Made by a program: the position numbers and the translations under genes. This document shows positions 8,937 through 19,734 of a stretch of DNA of 64,000 nt, piece by piece; position 1 is the first letter of the stretch, and each line of letters begins with the position of its first letter. The stretch is from the NCBI GenBank assembly GCA_021372495.1, contig JAJFUF010000037.1, positions 4,231 to 68,230 on the forward strand, given 5' to 3'. Source of the stretch: Lysobacteraceae bacterium. Its GTDB lineage: Bacteria; Pseudomonadota; Gammaproteobacteria; Xanthomonadales; Rhodanobacteraceae. Below the pieces are notes generated by a model, which worked only from the letters and a program-made list of their open reading frames with translations, had not been told where the DNA came from and did not search any database.

Positions 8937-10841
8937 TCAGCGCCGCGGCGCGAGGATCGCCGAGAGGCGGTCCGGCGTGCCGGGGACGCGCTCGAGGTGC
9001 GGGTACTTCAGGCCGCCGTGGTAGTCCACCTCGACCGTGCGGTAGGCATCGGCGCTCTTGATCAGCAGCGCGATCGGCGCCTTGTCCGCCTTGGCGGCGG
9101 TGATCGCGTCCTGCAGGCGCTCCGGCTTGTACTCGCGGCCGTTGACCGCTACCAGCGTGGCCCCGGACGGCACGCCGGCCTTGAACGCCGGCCCGTTCCA
9201 GCGCACGTCGACCAGCCTGGCGTCCTTGCTCGCGATCACCAGGCCCAGCGAGTAGGTGAAGTCGGCGACCTTGCGCTCGGCCTCGTAACCTTTCGTCATC
9301 GCGCTGGGCGCATCGGTGTAGACCAGCTTCCAGCCGGCGCGGGCGAGGCCGTCCAGCGGCGGCGCGTGCGCGTCGAGGCGCTGGCGCAGGAACGTCGCCC
9401 AGTCGTGCGGCGCGAGCGCGTTCAGCGTGGCGACCACGTCGTCGAAGGTGTAGGTCTTCGTCGTCCAGGCGCCGTTGTCGACGCCGAAGAACGCGCGCGC
9501 GAAGTCGTCCAGCGAGCGCCTGTCGCGGGTCAGCTCGCGCAGCTCGCTGTCCACCGCCAGCCAGATCAGCTGGCCGGCGCTGTAGTAGTCCTCGCTCATC
9601 TGGTAGTTGCGGAATGGCAGCGGCCGCCGCATGGCGATGATCGGGTCGTTGGTGGTGTCCTGCACGTTGCGCCAGTCGAAGCCGGGGCGGTTGTCGGCGT
9701 AGGTGGCGGCGACGCTGGCCAGCGCGTCGCGGGTCTGCTCGGCCGTCCACAGGCCGGAGCGTGCGGCCAGCACGTAACCCCAGTACTGGGTCTGGCCCTC
9801 GTACACCCACAGCAGGCTGTCCTGCATCGGCACGTTGAAGTTGGGCGTGGTGAGGTCGGCCGGGCGGCGGAACTTGCCGTTCCAGGAGTGCGTGTACTCG
9901 TGCGCAAGCAGGTCGCGCTCCGGCGTGCTCTTCGCCCAGTCGGTGAAGTAGTCGGGGCCGACGCCGTTCTCGCTGGAGCGGTGGTGCTCGAGGCCGATGC
10001 CGCTCAGGTTGTCGGACAGCGCCAGCAGGAAGTCGTAGTGGTCGTAGTGGTGCGCGCCGTACAGCTTGTAGGCCTGCTGCACCAGCGCGCGGTGGATGGC
10101 GAGCTGGTCGGGCTTGATCGCGAGATTCTCCGGCGCGTCGGCGACGACGTTCAGATGCACCGGCACCTTGGCGCCGGGATCGAGGTCGACGCGCTTGAAG
10201 TAGCGGCCGGCGAACATCGGCGAATCGACCAGGGTGGCGAACGGCACCGGCTTGAAGCTCGTGCTGGCGCCGTCCTGCGCGGCCACTTCCAGCGCGCTGC
10301 CGAACTGCCAGCCTTGCGGCAGCGTCACGCTGGGCGCGACCGTGATCAGGCGGGCGTCGTGGCCGGCCGGATACAGCGCCACCGCATTCCACTGCAGGTT
10401 GAGCATGTCCGGGGTCATCACCACGCGGCCCTGGCCGCGCTCCTGCGGCGACAGGAACTGGAACTCGACGGTCAGCGCGGTGACGCCCTGCGGCACTTCG
10501 ACGTGGAAGGCGTACACGTCGAGCGGGTCGCGCGTCCACGCCAGCGGCTTGCCGTCGGCGTTGACGGTCAGGCCGGCGAGCTTGTCCAGCGGGCCGGTCG
10601 GCGAATGGTTGCCGGGGATCCACTGCGGGTACAGCAGGGTCAGCGGGCCCGCCTGCACCGGGATCTGCTCGCGCACGCGGAAAATGCGCCGCGCGGTGTC
10701 GGTAGCGTCCACGGCCAGCTCGATCGTGCCCGGATAGGGCGTATCGGCCGGCGCCGGCACGGCGGCATGCGCGAGGGGCGCGCCGGCAGCGGCGGCGGCG
10801 AGCAGGACGGACAACAGGGCGCACGGCGACGTGGCGTTCAT
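8937..10841 (-). CDS. secreted M61-family glycyl aminopeptidase with C-terminal PDZ-like domain
   Basis: 634 aa from ATG 10841. Signal peptide MNATSPCALLSVLLAAAAAGAPLAHA and zinc motif HEYTHSWNGK. Confidence 0.9.
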   Translation of the reverse strand: MNATSPCALLSVLLAAAAAGAPLAHAAVPAPADTPYPGTIELAVDATDTARRIFRVREQIPVQAGPLTLLYPQWIPGNHSPTGPLDKLAGLTVNADGKPLAWTRDPLDVYAFHVEVPQGVTALTVEFQFLSPQERGQGRVVMTPDMLNLQWNAVALYPAGHDARLITVAPSVTLPQGWQFGSALEVAAQDGASTSFKPVPFATLVDSPMFAGRYFKRVDLDPGAKVPVHLNVVADAPENLAIKPDQLAIHRALVQQAYKLYGAHHYDHYDFLLALSDNLSGIGLEHHRSSENGVGPDYFTDWAKSTPERDLLAHEYTHSWNGKFRRPADLTTPNFNVPMQDSLLWVYEGQTQYWGYVLAARSGLWTAEQTRDALASVAATYADNRPGFDWRNVQDTTNDPIIAMRRPLPFRNYQMSEDYYSAGQLIWLAVDSELRELTRDRRSLDDFARAFFGVDNGAWTTKTYTFDDVVATLNALAPHDWATFLRQRLDAHAPPLDGLARAGWKLVYTDAPSAMTKGYEAERKVADFTYSLGLVIASKDARLVDVRWNGPAFKAGVPSGATLVAVNGREYKPERLQDAITAAKADKAPIALLIKSADAYRTVEVDYHGGLKYPHLERVPGTPDRLSAILAPRR

Positions 10842-11308
10842 GGCGTTCCCGGGAGTGGCGGTCGGGTGGCGGCGCCGGATTCCCCGCGGCGCCGGGCTGG
10901 CCCGCGATGCTAGCAGCGGCGGCGGCCGCGCCGGTGCCCCAAAGGTCACGGGATGCGCCGCTCGCGCGCCCGCGCGGACGCGATCAAGATAGGCTTCACA
11001 GGCCTCCCGCAGGAGGCGCGGCGCCCCACGGAGGTGGCAATGGCCCGGATCAGGCCCGCGAGGAAGGAGCGGCCCCCGGCCGGCTCGCGTCGGGGACGCG
11101 CAGGCCGCGCCGGGGCGTGCGTGAAGGAAGGGCGGCGCGGCGTTCTGACGAGGAGCTCCGCGGCCCCGGCGGCGGCCTGCGCGACGCAAGCCTGGGCCGG
11201 CGCCGTCTCGCCGCCTGCGACGCCGGTGCTTGAACAATTGCAACGCCCCGGGCGATTGGCCCGGGTCTTGCGTGTGCTCCGCCCCGGAATAAAGCCATTG
11301 GCCTCCGC

Positions 11309-12427
11309 ATGACCACCGAAATCCCCACGCGCCCCGCACCGGCGGAGCTGCCGCTGCTGCCGGGCTCGCATCCGAGCGAGCGGCACGCCTTCACGCACTA
11401 CCTCGGCCAGCACACGGGCACGACCGTGCGCCTGCTGCTGCTGACCGGCACGGTCGCCTACTTCGCGCTGACTGCGTGCGGCGAACTGGTCGGCAGCAGC
11501 GGGGTGCCGCTGGTGCTGCGCGCGCTGCCGCTGCTGCCGCTCGCCGCGCTGGTCTGGCGGGCCTTCCTGACCTCGGATCCGCACCGGCTCTGCCTGCTCG
11601 CGCTGGCGGCCACCTTCGTGCTCGAGGTCGGCATCGGCCTGAACGGCTACCAGCATGCGCAGGGCGCGCAATGGGTGCTGCCGGCCTACGTGATCGTGCC
11701 GCTGGCGAGCAGCGTGGTGTGGCTGTGGCGCTGGGATTTCATCCTGGCGATGACGCTCTGCGCGCTCGGCCCGCTGCCGCTGCTGCTGGCGGAACCGACG
11801 CTGTCCACGCTGCCGGCCCAGTACCTGCTGTACATGAGCGTGACCCTGGTCGCCGCGGTGATCGTGCACGGCCTGATGGACGACATCCTGCACAAGCACT
11901 TCCGGCTCGAGCAGCAACTGCGCGAACGCGCCTACAGCGACGACCTGACCGGCCTGCTCGCGCGCAACCGCTTCCTCGAACTGGCCGCCGCGCGCCTCGC
12001 GCACAGCGCACGCCAGGGCGTGCCGGTGTGCGCGCTGTACCTCGACGCCGACCACTTCAAGCAGATCAACGACCGCCACGGACACGCACTGGGCGACCAG
12101 ACCCTGGTCGCGCTGGCCGACGTCCTGCGTCACCATCTGCGCCCGCTGGACCTGATCGGACGCGTCGGCGGCGAGGAGTTCGCGGTGCTGCTGCCGGGCC
12201 TGGCCCAGGACGAGGCGGTCGCGGTGGCCGAACGCATCCGCCACGCGATGCACGGCATCCGCCTGCCCGACGACGTGCTCACGGTCAGCATCGGCGTGGC
12301 CGCGCAGCATCCCGAACAGACCCTGCACGAGCTGCTCGCCACGGCCGACACGGCGCTGCGCCAGGCCAAGCGCAACGGCCGCGACCGCGTCGAGACCGCC
12401 GGCGCGGAGCCCGTCCAGCCGGCGTAG
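11309..12427 (+). CDS. membrane-anchored diguanylate cyclase (GGDEF domain)
   Basis: 372-aa ORF with a multi-TM N-terminus. It has a GGEEF active site and an RPLD I-site five residues upstream of it. Confidence 0.9.
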   Translation: MTTEIPTRPAPAELPLLPGSHPSERHAFTHYLGQHTGTTVRLLLLTGTVAYFALTACGELVGSSGVPLVLRALPLLPLAALVWRAFLTSDPHRLCLLALAATFVLEVGIGLNGYQHAQGAQWVLPAYVIVPLASSVVWLWRWDFILAMTLCALGPLPLLLAEPTLSTLPAQYLLYMSVTLVAAVIVHGLMDDILHKHFRLEQQLRERAYSDDLTGLLARNRFLELAAARLAHSARQGVPVCALYLDADHFKQINDRHGHALGDQTLVALADVLRHHLRPLDLIGRVGGEEFAVLLPGLAQDEAVAVAERIRHAMHGIRLPDDVLTVSIGVAAQHPEQTLHELLATADTALRQAKRNGRDRVETAGAEPVQPA

Positions 12428-12441
12428 CGGACCCTGCGTGA

Positions 12442-12502
12442 GGGGTTTCAGCCCCGCTCCCGCACCCTCCGGACGGCGGTCGCGGCCGAAGCCGCTCCCG
12501 CC
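12442..12502. repeat. two REP-like hairpin units (GGGGTTTCAGCCCC-GCTCCCGC and GCGGCCGAAGCCGC-TCCCGCC)
   Basis: Direct repeat of a short GC hairpin plus a TCCCGC tail. It fills the whole gap between two convergent genes and ends at the permease stop codon. Confidence 0.45.
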
Positions 12503-13942
12503 CTACGCGCCTTCGCGGGCCAGCCGGCTGCGGCGGATGCCGTAGCCGAAATAGATCACCAGGCCGACCGCCATCCAGATCACGAAGCGCTCGTAGGTGA
12601 TCCACGGCAAGCCGTAGATCAGCGCGATCGAGAAGCCGATGCCGAGCAGCGGCACCAGCGGCACCCACGGCGTGCGGAACGCGCGCGGCAGCTCCGGGCG
12701 GCGCCGGCGCAGCACGATGACCGAACCGCAGATCACGATGAACGCGCTCAGCGTGCCGATGTTGACCAGCTCGGCCAGTTCGCCGATCGGCAGGAAGCCG
12801 GCGGCCAGCGCGGTTGCCGCGCCGAGCAGCAGGGTCGGCCGGTACGGCGTGCCGTAGCGCGGGTGCACCTTGGCGAACCACGCCGGCAGCAGGCCGTCGC
12901 GCGCCAGCGCGAACCAGATGCGCGCCGCCGCCAGCATGAACGCGAACACCACGCTGATGATGCCGGCCACCGCCGCCGCCGCGATCGCCGCGCCGACCCA
13001 GCGCAGGCCGAGCGCCTGGAACGCATTCGCCACCGGCGCGTCGTTGTTCAGCGAGCTGTAGTGCACGATGCCGGTCAGCACCAGCGCGATCGCGATATAC
13101 AGCGTCATCGACACGCCCAGCGACAGCAGCACCGCGCGCGGCAGGTCGCGCTGCGGGTTTTTCGCTTCCTCGGCCGCGGTCGTCAGCGTGTCGTAGCCGA
13201 ACACCGCGAAGAACACCACGCTGGCCGCGCCCAGCACGCCCATCCAGCCGTAGTGGCCGACGCCCTGCGCGTCGACGATGCGCGCGGGCACGAACGGGTG
13301 CCAGTTCGCCGGATCGATGTAGAACACGCCGACGCCGATCACCAGCGCCACGCCGATCACCTTGATCGCCACGATCGTCGTGTTGAAGCGCGCGCCCCAC
13401 TCGGTGCGCACGGTCAGCAGCACCGCCACCGCCAGCGCCACCAGCGCGGCGACCAGGTTGACCACGTGGCCTTCGCCGGTGCCCGGCGCGCCTTGCGCCC
13501 AGGCCGGCAGATGGATGCCGAACGCGCCGAGCAGGCTGATCAGGTAGCCCGCCCAGCCGCTCGCCACCGCGGCGACGATCAGCGCGTACTCCAGCAGCAG
13601 GTCCCAGCCGATCAGCCAGGCGACCAGCTCGCCGAGCACCGCGTAGCCGTAGGTGTAGGCGCTGCCGGTGACCGGGATCATGCCGGCGAACTCGGCGTAG
13701 CACAGCGCGGCCGCGGCGCCGGCGGCGCCGGCGATCAGGAAGCTCAGTACCACCGCCGGCCCGGCGTTCACCGCGGCCTGCTGCCCGGCCAGCACGAACA
13801 CGCCGACGCCGATGATGCCGCCGATGCCGATCGCGGTGAGCTGCCACAGGCCGAGCACGCGGCGGAAATCCCCGCGCGCGCCGGCCTCGGACTGCAACTG
13901 CTCGACCGTCTTGTGCCGCGTGAGTTGCGCGAACAGTCCCAT
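12503..13942 (-). CDS. APC-superfamily amino acid permease (cationic amino acid transporter-like)
   Basis: 479 aa from ATG 13942 with a GGGGGAGGG RBS. The sequence is a 12-TM permease with GIGGIIGVGVFVLAG and CYAEFAGMIPVTGSAYTY. Confidence 0.9.
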   Translation of the reverse strand: MGLFAQLTRHKTVEQLQSEAGARGDFRRVLGLWQLTAIGIGGIIGVGVFVLAGQQAAVNAGPAVVLSFLIAGAAGAAAALCYAEFAGMIPVTGSAYTYGYAVLGELVAWLIGWDLLLEYALIVAAVASGWAGYLISLLGAFGIHLPAWAQGAPGTGEGHVVNLVAALVALAVAVLLTVRTEWGARFNTTIVAIKVIGVALVIGVGVFYIDPANWHPFVPARIVDAQGVGHYGWMGVLGAASVVFFAVFGYDTLTTAAEEAKNPQRDLPRAVLLSLGVSMTLYIAIALVLTGIVHYSSLNNDAPVANAFQALGLRWVGAAIAAAAVAGIISVVFAFMLAAARIWFALARDGLLPAWFAKVHPRYGTPYRPTLLLGAATALAAGFLPIGELAELVNIGTLSAFIVICGSVIVLRRRRPELPRAFRTPWVPLVPLLGIGFSIALIYGLPWITYERFVIWMAVGLVIYFGYGIRRSRLAREGA

Positions 13943-14162
13943 GAGCCCTCCCCCGGACATGAAAGCGCCGATGATAGCGGCAGGCGCGCGCGGCGCATCC
14001 CCCATCGGACAGGGGGCTTGCCGACGTTCCTCTTGCAGCGGCGCGACGCGGCCGCGATTCGTGCGCGGGGTGCACGCTGCGAAACCGGGGTCGCGCGGCG
14101 CGCGCTCCGCGCACGAACGGCGCGTCCCGAGCCGGGACGCGCGCAAAGCGCGCGCTACAAGG

Positions 14163-15890
14163 CTATTTTCCCGCCGCCTCGAGCAGCGCCGCGTAGCTCG
14201 GCTGATCCACCGGCACGCCGTCGGCATCGCAACTGCCGAGCCGGCACAGCGCGCCGCGGATCGCCGGATCGTGCTGCGCGATCACGTGGAAGATCGCGTT
14301 CTGCTCCAGTTCGCCGTGGAACGCCGCCGCGCCGGGGCCGCGCGCGAAGATCGCCACGTCCTCGCCGCCGTGCGTTTCCGATTGCATCGGATGGGTGGCT
14401 TCCTGCAGGTAGTCGGGATCGGCGGTGTCGACCTTGGCCAGATCCGGGCGGCCGTCGCGGATGCCCTGCGCGGTCTTGTACTCGTGCGGGAAGTGCTTGG
14501 GCCCTTCCGGCTGGCGGTCGGTGGCGCCGAGATAGCCGGGACCGGAGGCGAAGCCGAGCGTGGTGTACGGCAGGCCCATGGCGTCGCGCGTCAGGCCGGC
14601 GCCGCCTTCCTCGTCGTAGCTGTCGGTGGGGCCGCGCACCAGGCCGAGGATCGGGTTGCCGCGCGCCGGATAGCCGGCGAAGGTCATGGTGTGGCTGTGG
14701 TCGGCGGTGACGACGATCAGCGTGTCGTCGGCCGAGGTCGCCTCGACCGCCGCCTGCACCGCGTCGGCGAAGGCGACGGTCTCGTCCAGCGCGCGAAACG
14801 CATTGCCGGCGTGCAGCGCGTGGTCGATGCGCCCGCCTTCCACCATCAGGAAATAGCCGTGCGGGTTCTTCTGCAGCACGCGCAGCGCGGCGCGCGTCAT
14901 CTCGGCCAGGCTGGGCTCGCCGGCGGGATCCTTGGGCCGCTCGTGCTCGTAGCGCATGTGCGAGGGCTCGAACAGGCCGAGCAGGTGGTCGACGCGCGCG
15001 TAGTCGAGCGCGGCGAGCTGCTTCGCGTTCCAGACGTAGGCGCTGGCGGGCTTCCTCGACCATTCGGCGACCAGGTCGCGCCCGTCGAGGCGCCGGCCGG
15101 CCTTGCCGGGATATTCGGGATCGCGCGCGCCCGCCGGCATGAACTCGGTGCGGCCGCCGCCCATCGCCACGTTCAGGCCGTCGCCGATCGGAAAGTCGAC
15201 CAATTGCGCGGCGAAGTCCTCGCAGCCGGCGGCGCGCGCTTCCTTCGTCATCTCGGCATCGACTTCCCAGTTGCGCTCGGGCAGGTGGCCGTAGGTCGCC
15301 GCCGGCGTGGCGTGGGTGATGCGCGTGGTGGTGATCGCGCCGACCGACTGCCCGGCCAGCTTGGCCAGCTCCAGCGCCGTCACCAGCGCCTGGCCGCGCG
15401 CCGAAGCGCAGTCGTCGCGATGCGCGGCCTGGCCGACGCCGATGAAGCCGGCCTGGGTCTTCACGCCGGTCATGATCGCGGTCATGGTGCCGGCGGAGTC
15501 CGGCGTCTGCATGTTGGTCTCGTAAGTGCGGCTGAGCGCGGTGAACGGAAAACGCTCGAAGCTCAACCGATAACTTTCGCCGTCGACGCCCTTGCGCTGG
15601 CCGGCGAACACGTGCGCGGCGGCGATGGTGGGGATGCTCATGCCGTCGCCGAGGAACACGATCACGTTCTTCGCCTGCGGCTGCGCGCCGATCGCGCTGG
15701 CGGCGGCCGCCGCGGCGCCGGCGCGGAACCACCACGCGCTGCTCTCGCCGGCGGGGCGCTGGATCGCGGGCACGTCGATGGCCGCGCGCGCGGCGGACGT
15801 GGGGACGGACGGCGCGCCGGCGCAGGCGGCCAGCAGCAGGACGGCGGCGCCGGGCAGCGCGCGGCGCAGGGCGGACGGGACGCGGATCAC
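14163..15890 (-). CDS. alkaline phosphatase family lipoprotein
   Basis: 575 aa from GTG 15890 with a GAGGGAG RBS and lipobox LLLAAC. Alkaline phosphatase motifs are FLGDGMS, TPDSAGTMTA, VEGGRIDHALH and TADHSH. Confidence 0.9.
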   Translation of the reverse strand: MIRVPSALRRALPGAAVLLLAACAGAPSVPTSAARAAIDVPAIQRPAGESSAWWFRAGAAAAAASAIGAQPQAKNVIVFLGDGMSIPTIAAAHVFAGQRKGVDGESYRLSFERFPFTALSRTYETNMQTPDSAGTMTAIMTGVKTQAGFIGVGQAAHRDDCASARGQALVTALELAKLAGQSVGAITTTRITHATPAATYGHLPERNWEVDAEMTKEARAAGCEDFAAQLVDFPIGDGLNVAMGGGRTEFMPAGARDPEYPGKAGRRLDGRDLVAEWSRKPASAYVWNAKQLAALDYARVDHLLGLFEPSHMRYEHERPKDPAGEPSLAEMTRAALRVLQKNPHGYFLMVEGGRIDHALHAGNAFRALDETVAFADAVQAAVEATSADDTLIVVTADHSHTMTFAGYPARGNPILGLVRGPTDSYDEEGGAGLTRDAMGLPYTTLGFASGPGYLGATDRQPEGPKHFPHEYKTAQGIRDGRPDLAKVDTADPDYLQEATHPMQSETHGGEDVAIFARGPGAAAFHGELEQNAIFHVIAQHDPAIRGALCRLGSCDADGVPVDQPSYAALLEAAGK

Positions 15891-16017
15891 GGCGGATCTC
15901 CCTCGAATCGACGCGGCAGGGTAGCGCGCCGTCCCCGTCGCGACGAGATGACCTCCGGCAGTCACGTCCGCGCCGGCGGATTCTGCTAGCGTGGGCCGTT
16001 CGCCGAGGAGCCGCACC

Positions 16018-18015
16018 ATGCACGTACGCATTCCCGCCGTCGCGCTGACCGCGGCCACCCTGCTGGCCGGCTGCGCGCAGCCTGCGGCCAGGCCGCCCCG
16101 GGTACCCGACGGCACGCGCGCGGACGTGGCGATCCTCGAAACCACCGATCTGCACGCGAACGTGCGCAGCTACGACTACTACCGGCTGCAGGACGACCCC
16201 ACGCTCGGCTTCGAACGCGTCGCCACGCTGATCCGCCAGGCGCGCGCGCAGTTTCCGAACACCCTGCTGTTCGACGACGGCGACACCATCCAGGGCACCG
16301 CGCTGGCCGACTACCAGGCGCTGGCGCAGCCGGTCGGCTGCGACCAGGAGCTGGCGATCTACCGCGCGATGGACGCGCTCGGCTACGACGGCGGCACGAT
16401 CGGCAACCATGAGTTCAACTACGGCCTGCCGTTCCTCGCGCAGGTCACCGGCACGCCGATGGACGTGCCCGGCGTGGCGCCGCGGCGCTGCGCCGGCCCG
16501 CGCTTCCCGCTAGTGCTGTCCAACGTGTTCGGCGCGAAGGACGGCCGGCCGCTGTACGCGCCCTGGCGCGTGATCGCGAAGACCTTCACCGCCTACGCGC
16601 CGGACGGCAGCGCGATCGCGGTGCCGCTGAAGGTCGGCATCGTCGGCTTCGCGCCGCCGCCGATCATGGACTGGGACCGCCGCAACCTCGCCGGCAAGGT
16701 CACGGTGAAGGGCGTGGTCGAGGCGGCCGCGCGGTACGTGCCCGAACTGCGCGCGCAGGGCGTCGACCTGGTGGTGGCGATCTCGCACGGCGGCCTCAAT
16801 CCGGCGCCGTACGTCGCCGACATGGAGAACGCCAACTGGCACCTCGCCGGCGTGCCGGGGATCGACGCGATCCTGCTCGGCCACTCGCACGACGTGTTCC
16901 CCAATCCGGACCCGCACTCGCGCTTCGCGCACATGCCCGGGGTCGACGACGCGCGCGGCTTCGTGCGCGGCGTGCCGGCGGTGATGGGCGGCTTCTTCGG
17001 CCGCGACCTCGGCGTGATCAGGCTGGCGCTGCTGCGCCGCGGCGGCCGCTGGGTGGTGGACGAGGCCGCCACGCACAGCGAAGTGCGCCCGGTCTGCCCG
17101 CAGAAGAACGCCTGCGTCGCGCCCGATCCGGAGATCGCGCCGCTGGTGGCGGCGGCGCACGCGGCCACCGTCGCCTACGTGCAGACGCCGATCGGCCGCA
17201 GCGACTTCCGCATGAGCACCTACTTCGCCGACGTCGGCGACGTCTCCGCGCTGGCCGCGGTGGCGGCGTCCGCGCGCGCCTACGTCGAGGACTGGATCGC
17301 GCGCGATCACGCCGACCTCAAGGGCATCCCGGTGCTGGCGGCGGCGTCCGCGTTCAAGGCCGGCTTCGGCGGCCCCGGCGACTACACCGACGTGGCCGCG
17401 GGCGACCTCTCGATCCGCAGCGCCGCCGACCTCTACCTCTACCCGAACACGCTGGCCGCGGTGAAGCTGGACGGCGCCGGCGTGAAGGCCTGGCTGGAGA
17501 AGTCCGCCGAGCGCTTCAACCGCATCGATCCGGCAAGGCCGGAGGCGCAGGCGCTGATCGACCCGCGCGTGCCCAGCTACAACTTCGACGTGCTGTTCGG
17601 CGAGCTCGACTATGCGATCGACGTGACGCGGCCGGCCGGGCAGCGCATCGTCGACCTGCGCTGGCGCGGCAAGCCGCTCGATCCGGCGCAGCCGTTCCTG
17701 GTGGTGACCAACAACTACCGCGCCTCCGGCGGCGGCCGCTTCCCCGGCCTGGACGGCGCGAACCTCGTGCTGAGCGCGCCGGACACCAATCGCGACGTGC
17801 TGATCGGCTGGATCCGCGCGCACGGGACCCTGCACCGCGCGGACGTGCCGGCGCGTCCGTGGCGCTTCGCGCGCGTGCACACGGCGGGACCGGTCACCTT
17901 CGTCTCCGCCGCCGGCAAGGCCGACGCCGCGCGCGCCGCGGGGCTCGACGGCGTGCGCCTGCTGCACGACAACGGCGACGGCAGCGCCACCTACGCGATC
18001 GACCTGTCGCGCTAG
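16018..18015 (+). CDS. 2',3'-cyclic-nucleotide 2'-phosphodiesterase/3'-nucleotidase-like (CpdB/5'-nucleotidase family) lipoprotein
   Basis: 665 aa from ATG 16018 with a GAGGAG RBS and lipobox TLLAGC. Metallophosphatase motifs are DLHAN, DDGDTIQG and GNHEFNYG, followed by a 5'-nucleotidase C-terminal domain. Confidence 0.9.
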   Translation: MHVRIPAVALTAATLLAGCAQPAARPPRVPDGTRADVAILETTDLHANVRSYDYYRLQDDPTLGFERVATLIRQARAQFPNTLLFDDGDTIQGTALADYQALAQPVGCDQELAIYRAMDALGYDGGTIGNHEFNYGLPFLAQVTGTPMDVPGVAPRRCAGPRFPLVLSNVFGAKDGRPLYAPWRVIAKTFTAYAPDGSAIAVPLKVGIVGFAPPPIMDWDRRNLAGKVTVKGVVEAAARYVPELRAQGVDLVVAISHGGLNPAPYVADMENANWHLAGVPGIDAILLGHSHDVFPNPDPHSRFAHMPGVDDARGFVRGVPAVMGGFFGRDLGVIRLALLRRGGRWVVDEAATHSEVRPVCPQKNACVAPDPEIAPLVAAAHAATVAYVQTPIGRSDFRMSTYFADVGDVSALAAVAASARAYVEDWIARDHADLKGIPVLAAASAFKAGFGGPGDYTDVAAGDLSIRSAADLYLYPNTLAAVKLDGAGVKAWLEKSAERFNRIDPARPEAQALIDPRVPSYNFDVLFGELDYAIDVTRPAGQRIVDLRWRGKPLDPAQPFLVVTNNYRASGGGRFPGLDGANLVLSAPDTNRDVLIGWIRAHGTLHRADVPARPWRFARVHTAGPVTFVSAAGKADAARAAGLDGVRLLHDNGDGSATYAIDLSR

Positions 18016-18048
18016 GCCGGCGCCTGCGCCGGACGCGCGCGGCGAGGT

Positions 18049-19734
18049 TCAGCCGCCGGCAACGGCGGGCGCGAGCAGCGCGCGCAGCTCGGCGGCGGGC
18101 ATCGGCCGTCCGGTGAGGTAGCCCTGCACCAGGTCGCAGCCCGCGGCGCGCACCGCCGCCAGCTCCTGCTCGCGCTCGACGCCCTCCGCGATCACGATCA
18201 GGCCCAGCGACTTGGCAAGACCGACCATGGCGCGCAGCACCTTGCCGGTGCGCGGATGCTCGTCGACGCGGGCGACGAAGCTGCGGTCGATCTTGAGCGC
18301 ATCGCAACGGATCTGGTTGATGTGGCTCAGCGAGGAGAAGCCGGTGCCGAAGTCGTCCAGCGCGATCTTCACCCCCCGCGCGCGCAGTTGATCCATCGCG
18401 GCCACGCAGGCGGGCATGTCGTGCATCATCACGGTTTCCGTAAGTTCGATGCGCAGGTGTTCGGCGCAGTCGCGCTCCAGCGCCGCGTCCACGCGCGCCA
18501 GCAACCCGTCCGCCGCCAGCGTCTCCGCGGTCATGTTGGCGCTCAGGGCGAATCCCCGCGGCAGCCACGGCTTCCACGCGCGCAGGATGCGGCAGGTTTC
18601 CTCGAGCACCCACTCGTCGATCGCCTGGATCAGCGGCGAACGCTCGACCGCATGCAGGAACCGCCCCGGCGTCCACAGACCGTGCTCGGGGTGCGCCCAG
18701 CGCAGCAGGATCTCCGCGCCGACCGGCCGCAGGGTGGCGACGTCGCAGATCGGCTGGAAATGCAGGACGAACTCGTTGCGCGCCAGCGCCAGCTCGAGCT
18801 CGCCGTGCAGGCGCAACGCGTCGCGCATCGACTCACGCATGCCCGGCGTGACGATGCTGAGCCGGTTGCGCGCCTGCGCCGGCACCTCGCGCGCGGCCGA
18901 CAGCGCCATGCCGAGCAGGTCTGCGGCGGCGGCGTCCGGCCCGGGGCGCGCGAAGGCCAGCCCGACCGACCAGCGCCCCGTCGCGCCCGGCGAAGTCGTT
19001 CCGGCATGCAACCGCGCACCGTGCGCCAGCGGCTCGAGCTGGCCCGCGATGCGGTATTCGCCATCCGCGGCCGGCAGGATCAGCGCCAGCGTGTCGGGCG
19101 CGACCCGCGCGACCGTATCGACGTTCATGTCGCGTGCGCGCACCCGCTCCTCGAGCGCGTTCAGGCGGCGCGCGACCCCCGCCTCGCCGTCGCTGACCAC
19201 CACCTGGGCGTGATCGTCCATGACCATCACCGCGAGCCCGAACCGCTGCCGCAGCGCCAGCATCTGCTGCACCCGCTCGAGCAGGACGGCTCGGTTGAAC
19301 AGTCCGGTTTCCGCGTCGAAGCGCCGCAGGTAGGCGCGCTGGCTCTCGCGATAGCTGCGCTTCTCCAGCACGGAGCCGACGCGCGCGCGCAGCAGGGCGA
19401 TATTGACCGGCTTGGTCAGGTAGTCCTCCGCGCCGAGCTCGATGCAGCGCACCACCACGTCCATGCCGTCGTTGGCCGACACCATGACGACGGGCAGGTC
19501 CGGGAGACGCTCCGCCTCGTACAGCGCGCGCAGCACCTCGGTGCCGTCCAGGCCCGGCATCATCGTGTCCAGCAGCACCAGGTCGGGAGCGGCGGATTCG
19601 ATCCGCGCCAGCGCCTCGTAGCCGTCGCGGGCCTCGTCCAGGCGCGCGTAGCCGAGGTGGCGCAACTGCCGCAGCAGCGTGAAGCGCGCGCCGTCGTCGT
19701 CGTCGACCACCAGGATGCGCGGCGGATCGCTCAT
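18049..19734 (-). CDS. response regulator with degenerate GGDEF and intact EAL domains (c-di-GMP phosphodiesterase type)
   Basis: 561-aa ORF with an N-terminal REC domain. The central GGDEF-like domain has RVAPDTL where GG[DE]EF is expected. EAL motifs present are EILLRW, DDFGTG, KIDRSF, AEGVE and QGY. Confidence 0.9.
   Translation of the reverse strand: MSDPPRILVVDDDDGARFTLLRQLRHLGYARLDEARDGYEALARIESAAPDLVLLDTMMPGLDGTEVLRALYEAERLPDLPVVMVSANDGMDVVVRCIELGAEDYLTKPVNIALLRARVGSVLEKRSYRESQRAYLRRFDAETGLFNRAVLLERVQQMLALRQRFGLAVMVMDDHAQVVVSDGEAGVARRLNALEERVRARDMNVDTVARVAPDTLALILPAADGEYRIAGQLEPLAHGARLHAGTTSPGATGRWSVGLAFARPGPDAAAADLLGMALSAAREVPAQARNRLSIVTPGMRESMRDALRLHGELELALARNEFVLHFQPICDVATLRPVGAEILLRWAHPEHGLWTPGRFLHAVERSPLIQAIDEWVLEETCRILRAWKPWLPRGFALSANMTAETLAADGLLARVDAALERDCAEHLRIELTETVMMHDMPACVAAMDQLRARGVKIALDDFGTGFSSLSHINQIRCDALKIDRSFVARVDEHPRTGKVLRAMVGLAKSLGLIVIAEGVEREQELAAVRAAGCDLVQGYLTGRPMPAAELRALLAPAVAGG

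Noticed and set aside
15891-16017. Pho box in the divergent region between the phosphatase and nucleotidase genes.
   Set aside because: Only ATGACCT and CAGTCAC fragments are present, in an inverted rather than 11-bp direct-repeat arrangement. This does not support a CTGTCAT-N4-CTGTCAT site.
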